A stretch of 64,000 nucleotides of DNA from Takakia lepidozioides (taxonomy: Eukaryota > Plantae > Bryophyta). The notes below the pieces were generated by a model. That model had not been told where the DNA came from, made no database searches, and was given only the letters and a program-made list of their open reading frames with translations. The position numbers were made by a program, and so were the translations under genes. How positions within the stretch are numbered: position 1 is the first letter of the stretch; each line of letters opens with the position of its first letter. Positions 37,169-48,426 of this stretch are shown here, piece after piece. The stretch covers positions 31,744,001 to 31,808,000 of the forward strand of contig CM060732.1 of the NCBI GenBank assembly GCA_030704615.1, read 5' to 3'.

Positions 37169-39166
37169 GATTTGTACTGCTATCTTCATAGGAAGAAGCT
37201 GAATCTGGTGGTATGACAACCTTACAGCGGACAAGTTCAACGTTACTGATCGGAGCTACACTGAACTTTTTATGTCCCCACACATTGGAATCGATGCAAT
37301 CTCTCTAGAGGTTGAAGTTACATACAACAGGAACAGCTTCTGTTGCCAAATGAGGAGGGAATGCTCCCAGTGAGATTGTTCCACATCACTTCCCTAGAAG
37401 CAAGAACTCTGCATACGTTAGAAAGGAAATACATACTGCACAAAAAAGTCACTCTCACCTGAGATGGATCAACAGTGGCAGTCACAATCTTCCACAGGAT
37501 ACTATGACACTCCTCCACAGGAAACATGAATCATGCTTGACAGTGAAGGAGCAGCCATTTTTATTTTTCTTGGGGTGCCGCTTGGCTGACATACCCATCA
37601 TGCAGTCAAGACAAAAGATAGCTCATGCCTCCATTAGAAAGGAACAAACACCTCAGCAAGAAGGCCAAAAGCAACACCATGGAAGCAACTAACGATAAAG
37701 CATAGCGAATATAAAAGTTCTAAGGTTTGCAACTCACAGGTACACAAGCTCAGAGAGATTTCCAAGTTCAGGAACCAAAGTGCCCTGTAGATTGAGTTCG
37801 AAAAGACGACTGCAACAAACAAAAACATCCATCAGCCAGAGACATCAGCTCCCATATGATAAATGATGCAGTATCGTTAACAAATAAATATTCTGAGAAC
37901 TCAAAGTGAGAAAAAGCCAAATAAAAGTCCATCTGCTCCAGCCCTCTCAGTTGATGCCCTTTGACATTGTCATGCAAACACAAAGCACCCATTGAATGTG
38001 GAACAACGAGTGAGAAGTGGAGGACCTACAGCTCCGTTACGTGAGAGCCATTGTTACTAACTTGATTACAATATACCCCATTCCCACTGCATGGGTCATT
38101 GCCATTCCAATCGTCGAGGTGGCCATCTGGGTCTATCAGACTTTTGTGGAAAGCTTGGAGTGCCTCAGCTGCAATCATCCTCAACCAAGGAGAGGTCAAA
38201 AGACTTTGGACTTCAGCAAATTCGATAGAAAGTGTCTATATAAAAAGATAAATGTAGGGAGTCAGCCATGCAATGGTGTATCATGTGGGCAGATTGGAGC
38301 CACCCCCTCAGTGACAAGTCCTCTCCAATCCTGAGAGTGATTATCAGTTTGGAAGCATCCACCAAATTCTGAATGTCCCTCCTTGGGTCTGATCCTCCAC
38401 AATTTGAGCATGAAATGGAGATATACTAAAGGGCCTTCTGGAATGGAAGGCCTAGAATACACATAAGTCTTAAACCTAAGTTGCCCGATTCTGCTCTCCT
38501 CTAACTCCTCCCCAGCCTTTTCTCCACTTTGTCTGCCTGGGGTAGTAAATCACACCAGACCTTGTTTTGTAAGGAGGTCCCTGCATTGAGATTTTTGGCC
38601 CAGAAAGACAGGAATTTATTATGTTCCATGGCCAATTGGTACAAGTGAGCCAACACACTTTTTAGCCCACACTGGATTTTCTTGGTGACCTTACAGCGGT
38701 TGTCTAAGATAGGTTCAAGATTACCCACTGGTGGTCGGCACATTACTATAGCCAGTCACTTGAGGGTAACTGTAAAGGCGTCACAAGAAACTGTCTCAAA
38801 CCCTGAGACAGACTGCAAAAGAAGCCTATGGAAAATGGTCCTGAGAAGCTGTATAGCTAGTAGAGCTGATGCATGGTCCTTGATCCAATCCTGTGCAAAA
38901 GACCCATATCAACATGCCACCAAGTCTTGAGACCACAAGCTTTGGCCTGTCGACAGCTCAATCGGCTCGCTCAGTGGCTGCCACAGCCCGCCTTGGAAAC
39001 AACTTATTTCAACATTAGATGCCAAACCATAAAAATTGATGGTGCAAGCAGTGCACTTACTTTCCACCGGATCTGATGTGGCTGCGACAGGTTTGAAGAG
39101 TGCTGAGAGGCCGCAAAGAATTAAAAGTCCTACATGACAGGCTAGAGCTTCTCTTGACACCCCCAT
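35943..39166 (-). pseudogene. LRR receptor-like kinase (LRR-VIII-1-like), only signal peptide, LRRNT and first LRR exons
   Basis: Exons MGVSREAL...SDPVE | SLIDPDGHLDDWNGNDPC | LNLQGTLVPELGNLS | MWNNLTGSIP | [24 protein letters not shown] (frameshifted) | HMNNNSLNG | LLDNNHLTGDLP. No transmembrane or kinase exons downstream. Confidence 0.85.
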
Positions 39167-41088
39167 ATCTCCTCAACCTTGCAATTGCATTTCCTCAGTC
39201 AATTCTTCGGAACTGCTTCAGACCTGCTTCTCGCTCAATCCCTTGCTCCTCATTTCAGAAGACGGTAGTTCCTACTGTGAAGATCTCCTCTCAATGTAAA
39301 CCGCTGGATATAACTCTGGACCCGTAGTCGCCACTCACTGATATACTGTTCCTGGTGAAAGAAATTGCCTACGTCACCACCAACTGTGACCGCAAAGTTC
39401 AAAACATCTGGTTTCTTCTCTTCGGCTTTTTCCTAACACCGCCGATTTTGGCCGTGTGTGACCCTTTGCATGAAGGCGGATATCCTCCTTTTCAACTCTC
39501 TTTCTCTTGTGTCACACAACAGACGAGCATGTGGGAGTCTTGGATTGTAATATTGGATGGCTTGGATAGATTTGAGACAGTATCAGGGCCAGGATGACTA
39601 TAAATGCACGACCCCTCTAAAATGACAACACATCTGAGAAGGAAACATACAAACCCAGAAAAATACTTAACTCACCTCGTGCTTCTCTCTAAAATTTATA
39701 GGTCGAAAAATTTCAGGAGAACGGTCATACACAACAGTGGCCCTGCAGTACATAGCAAAGGCATTCAAATTCGTTAAAGGAGTATAGCTAGTGGGAAAGT
39801 TAAAAATTGAAATGTCATTTGAAGTTAACCGTTAAATTTTTATAATAGTAACTCGCTAATTGAATATTCATAGATTACCGGTCATGCGAGGATATTCAAT
39901 GAATGATTCGACAACCGATTGCACATACCTGATCCCCCAGTTCTGTTCTAATTCATGCTGCATAGCCCTGATCACACACAAGTACCCATCTGTCGTTTTT
40001 CCATGTCGTCGTTCATACCTGCATGTTCCAAAAATCGTTTGCTGCTGATGCCAGAGGGGAATTCTTTTCGTTGTTTCCAAACTAAAAAATAGAGCTGAAA
40101 GCAACCTAATTTGGGACCACAAGTTGGAGGCGTACCAGGAGTGGATCTTCACAAAAGGATGGCTTGAGCCAAGAGATAGAGCTAGAAGAGTAAAGCCAAA
40201 ATTGTGCCAGTCTATAACAAAAGCAGCCTGGCGAAGCCAACACGCAATCCTCACTACAGTCAACGTTGGAATCGATGGTGGGTTTGTTAATCAACACAAA
40301 CACAAAACAAATTACAAAACAAAATTTATATAAAAGTGAAGCTAGTACAACCACTTCAAATAGGAGAGACATAACTCATTTATCGCAAACCACATACATG
40401 TACCAGAAAAAAGTCTGGAGCGGGTATTTGAAAGCACAGGACCCAGAGAAATGTTGTGAACTGTATCATCAACTTCAAAGGCAAGAGCAACATATACAGT
40501 ATCCTTGACAGGCCTTGTGGAAAAGGAGAACTCTGCAAGAAAAAAATACAAAAACTCAGACCCTTTTAAAACAAAATTCCGATTGACAAAATCTAGATCT
40601 CTAACTCCTGCAGGCCTAATCGACTTCAACGACACCGAATACCTACGACAGCAGGTTTAATGAAACTCATACATATGACTTAATGCACGCTTCCCTGCCT
40701 AATGATAAACCTTAGACGTATGCTGATTTGCTTAAAAGGCAAATTATTGAAAGAGGACCGCAAAAAAAGTGAGTTAGCGATCAAATAACCAGATGGAGGT
40801 GAATATGTGGATGTTGCAAAAGTCCAGCATGGAGCTCCATTCCTAATAAACAGTGAACATACAGTAATTTAGTAAAATTCCATTCCACTATCTGTCTGCA
40901 TTGTCACTTAACGAAAAATGAACCATGGTCATGATCTTGAGGAAATCCTGAAAGACTATGTTCTTACCTGCAAATGCCACCACATCAACGTCCAGGCCAG
41001 CCTACCATTGTTCAACACCAATATTTCAATACTCTTGCATCAACATTTGTAGCAGTGCCGACATTGTCATGTGCTCTAAAGCCATTAA

Positions 41089-41912
41089 CCTTCAAGTTCC
41101 CAAGCTACCTGAATCGGGTCACTTTGAATTTGCAGTTCCACCTAATTTTTGCAGATCTAATCTGATGGGGCCCACTCCTGAAGCTTTAATGACAAGGGAT
41201 TTGTCTCGAGTATGATGCAAAAAAACAAAATTAAAAATAAATAAAAGCTACTACCTACAAAAAAATATCTTAGATCTCTCATTTACGTTTTGGGCCTGAA
41301 AAGGGCTTGTTGACCGCTGACGTGGCAGGTAAACAAGCCCAAAACAGATTGCACTCCAAAGGCCATTTTTGGCAGAAAATTAGCAATTTTGGAAAAGCAC
41401 TTCACTTGTGGTGTGTGAGCATTACATAGACACATCCACCATTGGCTTTTTCATTTGGAGGCACATTTTCTCTTGTCAATTTTGAGATTTCTACCCCTAT
41501 GTAATTACATGCAAAGCAAGCATAGGTGAAAAAATCAGTTGGACCTGCAATTTAGTGGGGTCATAGCCACTCGACTATTGATTTGGAAATGGTGGGTCTT
41601 GGGGCAAGCAAAATTGGATAAAGCTAGGTTTTGTTTTTCAAAGGGAAACACCTGGGAGCGACAGCTCACAAATCAGGCCCGAGCTAGGTTTTAATTTGGT
41701 CAAACCAATTTTTTTCTCACTTTTTCTTTGGGACCTCACAATTGCCATGGTGGAATCGGCTCATTTTTTGGTATGTCATGCATAAATGAGCTGGGCCACT
41801 GCTATAAGGTTGGAATCTCTGGATGATTTTTGGTAGGTTTCTAGGGGCAATTTACTGCAGCTGGGTACCAAAAATTGGTAAAATGTCAAAAAAAGGCTTG
41901 GAAACTTAAGGG
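41089..41912. mobile_element. piggyBac-like MITE in ALG1 intron 1
   Basis: TTAA|CCTTCAAGTTCCCAAGC ... GCTTGGAAACTTAAGGG|TAAA. TIR matches 14/17; TSD has one mismatch. Confidence 0.55.
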
Positions 41913-42067
41913 TAAAATAAGGTAAAGGCACTTAATTCAGACCTAAAATCTTTCACGATGAGTACAAATTAATTTTGAAAATGTCCACCACCTTGACATA
42001 AAAACTTGCGTCGGTTCTAAGTCACCTAACAAAAAAACTTTGAAACCTTATGATTTTTTAATCCACG

Positions 42068-42443
42068 CATTCTTTGCTGCATTGGAATCCACTTTAATTT
42101 GCTAACAAAAATATACAAAAATTTAATCATTCTAATAGTAGTAACTATGCTCAGTGATTGAAATATCACTTATTTTGTTGGCAACAGCAAAAAATTAGAT
42201 TTAACTTCAATCACAAAATCGGATAATGCAAGAAACTATGCTCAATTTTCATGCATTCCTTGCTGCATTGGAATCCACTTTAATTTGATAACAAAAATAT
42301 ACAAAAACTTGACCATTCTAATAGTAGTAACTATGCCCACTGATTAATATATCACTTAATTTGGTACGATCACCTTACCTTTGACAACAGCAAAAAAATT
42401 AGGTTTCACTTCAATCACAAAATCAGAAACTATGCTCAATTTT
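42068..42443. repeat. ~185-bp tandem duplication in ALG1 intron 1
   Basis: GCTGCATTGGAATCCACTTTAATTTG...AGAAACTATGCTCAATTTTC occurs twice. Confidence 0.9.
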
Positions 42444-44319
42444 CGAACGATTGCCATTGTGGAATACCTCATGGGCAAGAGACAGAGCGTGATACTGCAT
42501 ACGAGGACTCATGCGTAAGTCGCCGAGAACAGCCGTTCTCCGCCTTTGACTGGTCCGCTTGCGCTTCCCGAACAACGATCGGATCGAAACGAAAAGCCAC
42601 GATCGAGATCCGCACCCTCCTCCTCCATGGCCCTATGCACGGACAGCTAGGGTTGCAAGAAACCCTATGCAATCAAAGACGGGGAATTGAGCAATAAATG
42701 CTTGGAAGGAAATGTTGCGGTGACAGAAACGAAATACATGAAAATGTGGCATGTGATTACAGTGGAGAATCAAAACAAAAACAAATGAAAAACAGGAGAA
42801 GAACGCAAAGATTTCAAGGTGGTGTGGAATTGGAAAGAAGAGCACCGACTAAAAACCTTGAAGCAGAGTTTCCCTTGCAACGCAGAGACAGACGTTCTCT
42901 AGTCAACAAAGTTGAGGGCCCGTTTCCTGACATGCACGAGGTGGCGGTGCCCCGCTATGAGATCTGCGATTTGCCGGTTCAGTTGGGCATGCCCTGCCGC
43001 CCTGTGATTAATTATCCCTCTATCACGAGAGTACTGTAGCGGCCTGGGCTTGGCACCTCGAAAAGGATCTGGTCCCAACTGCCCGGCTCTAAGAAAATTG
43101 AAGGGCAGCCCGCCCCTTCATGCGTCATAACGATAGTATAAAAAATTAATGGACTTAAATCAACCCTCTTTCCGTGATTTTTTTTCGGAGGGCGAGTTTA
43201 AAATTATATGTCGTCATAAGGCAGAAACTAGAGATTTGGAGAGGAACAATATCAAGAAGTGTTACAAAACCCACGACCTGTCGTCTTTCCTATAATTAGG
43301 AATTGGAAAGTATTCATATATGTATATACATAATTCATGGATCGAGGTAGATATTTTCCATCTAATTTTCCACCGCCAAATGTATTTAGTATCAATGTGC
43401 GTGCCATCAACAGACATCATCTTGTAAGATTTTTTAGTTGCAGAATTTGGAGTAAAATTCATGAACCTTGTTATGAGTTCAAATGTCTTTTTTGTATTAC
43501 CAATAGTCACGTACGGGATGGTTTGGGATTGCACTATTTACATATTATATTAGGATAAGAGAATAACGATAGTATGGTGAATGTAGGGTTGATTAGACTA
43601 AAATGGACGTTACCAGCACAGTTTTAGATGACTGCAATTGATGGTGTCATCAATTGAAATTGAATTAACTCATTAAAACCAGCAATTATATATGTCATTG
43701 GATTCCTAGCTTCAATATGCATCCATAGCAACTCTCCAATCATGAATCCGATAAGAAATGACTCCGCTATGGACTTTTGAACACTGTCATTGTGGACTGT
43801 TACCACAATGAATGGAATTACAATGGACTCAAGTTCTCCTATGTGCCATAGCCCAGCTCCAAATTGTAAATCACCCAGCTATTTGTGTCACTTTGTAGGT
43901 CACTATATATCAATGTCTTACATTTAAAATTTTGACTTCTAGACTACTAGTGCATAGTGACACAAATAAGGTGAACTCTAAATAATGGTTTTCATCTCTT
44001 ACTCCCTTTGTTCCGAAATAAAAAGCACTTTTGATTTCTTCATGTATTTATATCTCTTCATATATTTGTATTTGTATTTATATTTCTTAATATATTTGTA
44101 TTTCTTCTTTTATTTTATTTTTCTTTATTGTTTTTTCTTTTAAAAAAAAGAAACATATGGGAGCGACAGCTCACAAATCAGGCCCCTTAATAGTGAGAGG
44201 TGAAAATAACCTCTTTCACAATAACCCGCGCCATGAGGCATAGGAACGGGACACCACCCAAGAACCGGGGAGAAGAGTATGCCACACCCATTAGTAGGTT
44301 GATTCGACCCCAGAATCGT

Positions 44320-45490
44320 CTGGGTATTTCATTCGAGCAGTTGTAACAATATCTACTGTCTTGAATTGTTGGAGCAGTCCCGTTTTTAAGGTGCTCCATA
44401 GTAAATGTTTTCCTTTTGCAATCTGTCTTCTCTCCCATGTCTGTAACCATGTTGAAGCATTGTCGAGTAGAAAAGATCGTATGAACATTCCGTGGTCCAA
44501 ATCGTTTGATATAAAGGAAATATGATAGATGTACCTCCATTCTTGCTCCACTACCCCTTCCTTTGTGGTGTTTGTCTTCTAAGATTAATGTATACTGGGC
44601 AGTTGCAGGGTTGAGTGGACCAAAAACGACAGACCCCTGCTCCATGAAAGTCCATGACCAAAAAACCAAATTGAGGATACTATCCCAAAATATTATTTTA
44701 ATGATAGATAATGGTATACTGAACATATTTAGTAAAGAGTCCTATCCCAAATATTAAATATATAATTCATTGAATATTTTAGTATATTATTTAGAAAAAT
44801 TATGAAAAACTAAAAATTAGAGTTTACAAAAAAAATTCAAAATGACACCTAGACATTGAAGATTATAGGTTTTAATACTTCTAGAAAAAAAAAATGGCAC
44901 CCAAAATCCAAAAAACAAGATGAGCTATGGACTTTTCAAAAAACGTCTATTTGTTTTTAATATATTAGTCCATATATTATCTATTCAACACTTAAAAATA
45001 TTAACAAAAAAAATCTCTTAAAAAAAACATCTTAATCGAATCATGGGTATTCACTCCCAACTTCAAGAAAGACTAGGCTCTGATACCATTGTAACACCCA
45101 GGATCTACACAAACTAGAATAAAAGTACTTCTCAATTTTTTTCCAAAACAACTCTATGCCTTCTAGGCTTTCATTGCATGTTTATATACCTTTCACAATA
45201 TGATTATTTTAAAGGTTTGACTTGAGAGCCTCAAGTCAAAACTTCATAAAGTCAACCTTCATAGGTTTGACATATTTCCCACAATATGACTTGCTCAAAC
45301 ATTTGACGTACTCTCCATAATATAAATATTTTATAGGTTTGATTTGAGAGCCTCAAGTCAAACCTCCTAGGAACTTTCCTAGTTATTTTGAAAACTTCTA
45401 GGGAACTTTCATCATTCATCTAGAACCTTCTAGATTCTACCATGTCAAGTGTTCAAAACTAGGTTGTTCAGCGTCTATAACTCAGTTACA
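44320..45490 (-). mobile_element. LTR retrotransposon relic: LTR 45090-45490, tRNA-Met PBS, gag fragment 44320-44560
   Basis: TGTAAC...GTTACA termini, TGGTATCAGAGCC on the minus strand (45076-45088), and gag-like FLLDNASTWLQTW...WSTLKTGLLQQF...ARMK. Confidence 0.75.
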
Positions 45491-45749
45491 TTCGTTACTG
45501 GAGCACCAGATCGAGAGGTAACATTCAAACTGACGATGTAAGCATTTTGCACACTATATTGAGGGGCTTTAGATCGCAGGATAATCCACGGGACTAGAAC
45601 AGTAATGCACAAAGCTATAAAAACGAACACGACTATCGTGCAAAAAAGAGCCAGGAGATAATAGTAAGAATCAGAGGACCGACGCCGAGGTCGGCCGTAG
45701 ATAGAGAATGGGGGAAGAGGGGGGTCACAACATGGCCTGGAGTCGCAAA

Positions 45750-47060
45750 TCCCTTGTCAACAAACTGAGGAACAAGATTGCATCCGATGTTCATGCCAGA
45801 AAACCCTTTATCTTTAGTAATTGACACCTTGAGACAAATCTTTGGTGCCTCAATAGTTGCCTGTATAATAGCTGGAACGGGTACCTCCATGATTGTGAAG
45901 ACACAAAATATTACGGGAAGCAACATTGCCAAAGATGATCAACAGTTCTATTTTGTCTTTGACAATTTCGGGTTTGAGAACACGGAGGAGGTCATGGCTT
46001 ATGTGGAGAAGTTTTCAATGTTAAGGATGCGCAGCTTGATTCTGTGTGTGAGGTGTATAAGGGCAGGTGCAGACCTTTGACAAGTTCTATTGAAAAATGC
46101 GCGAGGAAAAATGTCGAAGCGTCGAAAATCCCAAAGACCTTATTCGAACATGCACGCAATCTTGTTTCTAAAGTCTGGTCTAGAAATGGATTTTATGATG
46201 ACCTTCAAGGATCAAATAAATATATTTTTCATGGGTACAGAGGAATATATCAGGTGACACTCAGGCACCTCGCTTCAAAATTGATATTCTACTATAATAT
46301 TATTTCGGTGACCTTTTGGTGGCCTTTCCAGACGTGAAGTCCTTAGCTATTGTCGAATCGTGCTTGGGGAGACTCCACAAGATCCATTCGGAATCCAAAC
46401 TAGCTCGTCTTGAGAATTATTATTTAAAGATAGGCATGTCAGCGGAGGAGGAGCTTCAGTTAAGCATAGCTTTTCCTTCTTTGCAAGCTAAGACCAATGA
46501 GCATCTGGTGATACATGCGCTTTTACAACGTATTGGAAAATCTCACAGGCAAAACCATGGACTTGTTTAATGATCGTGCTGTTATGGGTAATTTAGCTAA
46601 GCCACTCGTGGTCGGGCTGGTAGGGCATGCCCTGGAAGGAATGGAGTTTACTAATTGTATAAGCAGTCACTCAGTGGACGATTTTGGAGGCACAATCAAG
46701 GTGGTGGGTCATGCTCCTCAAGTGGAAACACCTTACGTGCTAAGCAAATCGGACTTTCATAAGCTGAAAAATTGGGGTGATACACGAAAGTAAACGTCCG
46801 CCAATGTTCCACACTGAAATTGACCACTCCTTTGGTCCGGATTTTTTTTGTGTGATGTAGGGGAAAAAAGATTGTTGGTTCTTGTTCAGGTGAAAATAGG
46901 AATTCATTTCAAGAAAGGCCAAGCTTGGGACAGTCTCAACCCCCAAAATATGTTTTTACACGGGAGAAAAGAAGTTGCAGAAGAGGAAAAGGAAGGACCA
47001 CTCCTTGCGTGCACCTGTAGAAGCACACACAAAGCGTGTGTTGTATGGGGTCCTTAATGT
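45750..47060 (+). pseudogene. Crinkler/CR-effector-like NTPase + restriction-endonuclease-fold protein, frameshifted
   Basis: PLSLVIDTLR...IIAGTGTSM...DNFGFEN...KGRCR...AIVESCLGR...NEHLVIHAL...FGPDFF...LLVLVQVK...AWDSLNP, across about five frames. Confidence 0.6.
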
Positions 47061-47559
47061 GGATTCAAGATTTGGTATTGGTGTGGACGAGTTCTTTGAC
47101 ACTGTGGATGATATAAAAAAGAAGAAGTGTATTTTTGTTGGACATCTCTCTTAGGGTGAGGATTCTCTGTGGTGACAAGAAATCTCAATGCTCACCAAGT
47201 TTTGGAGCAAGACTGCAATGAGGTTTAGGAGCAGAACTGCAATGAGGTTTAGGAGCAGAACTGCAAGGGGTTGCAAAGGACGATTCTAGGTGTTTTTTTG
47301 CTGAGCAACAGCAGTTGCTGCAAAGCCTTCCTATAGTTGATGATTGTCAGACTCCAAGGTCAAATTCGGCCCCTCTCAATTCACTGGTATAGCCATTTGA
47401 CACCGTAGGCTTGTAGACTCACTGAATTTCTTTCAAATGGCATGTAGCCATGTTGTTTGCAGAAGCAGTTGAAGCTGATGCATCTTGTCCTCGTTGGAGT
47501 ATGTCCCAGCTTTCCAGCATCTGGTTCATTTCTTAGGATTTTGAAACCAGTGTTCCTAA

Positions 47560-48174
47560 CCCTTGAACACCTAGTGGCTATCTTGACTTTTGCAAAAAAC
47601 ATGACCCCGCCTCGAAAAATCAGAAGTCCATGAAAACACAAAATTTTGAAAATTTGATTGGACACTAGCTGCTCACGTACCAGCTGCACCTAGTGGAATT
47701 TCAGGCCAATCAGACACTTTTTTGTGAAACGCCACCAATGACAACATGAGTCAAAATTTTCAGATTACATATTTTTATTTAGTTAGGAACAATTGTTTTT
47801 CATTTTCACATTTTGGGATGAAAGGCGTTGGTCTTGAGATTTCAAGCACTTTATCACTTTATCCTCCTGGGATGTTGCATCCAATGAACCAAGGAAGACA
47901 TGTCTTCAACCCATATCATGTCCTCAGCACTTCCTCAAAGCTCAGTTTCTATTGCTTCAGGCACTGGAAACCGCAAACGCAGGACAGAGACTAATTTGCA
48001 GGAGCTGACCCCTGCATGTTCTGAGGCCTAAGAACTAACCCTAAACTCAGATGAGTTCAATCGGAACCCAGATCTGGGCACTACACATGACGTAGAATTT
48101 TCAACAAGCGTCAGGGAGATATGTCAGATTTGCTACTCTCTGAGGCCCAAAAAGGGCCACTGGGCATTTAAGGG
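47560..48174. mobile_element. piggyBac-like MITE with CTAA target duplication
   Basis: CTAA|CCCTTGAACACCTAGTGGC ... GCCACTGGGCATTTAAGGG|CTAA. TIR matches 15/19 and all mismatches are transitions. Confidence 0.7.
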
Positions 48175-48426
48175 CTAAACAAATTCGTGACAAAAATTAT
48201 ATTGACTGGAAAGATAAGCCCTTGCCAGAGACAGGCCACTCTTCTCTTATGTTTTTCAACCATCCGGCAAAACCAAAACCACGCGGTTGTGTGCACAAAT
48301 TCTTCGAAATGTAGCACCAATTTCCAGGTCAATTTCCAAGCGAATTTGTAATCTTGTACCATCACTTTGAACATCTATAAGCTGGACTACAAGATCCTGC
48401 TCCCATCTTGGTCCTCATCTGCACCT

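Larger units (their letters stand above)
39676..42628 (-). pseudogene. ALG1: ALG1 beta-1,4-mannosyltransferase, 5' half only
   Basis: Exons VLGDLRMSPRMQYHALSLA | GLDVDVVAF | HPHIHLH | IPAPDFFLV | NPPSIPTL...IDWHNFGFTLL | CVIRAMQHEL..NWGI | ATVVYDR. Exon 1 is out of frame with the ATG, the acceptor before NPP is lost, and the 3' half is absent. Confidence 0.9.

Noticed and set aside
43250-43830. VDGTHI motif suggesting a Harbinger or MULE transposase
   Set aside because: Isolated motif with no supporting flanking residues; it could equally be a decayed retroelement protease region.
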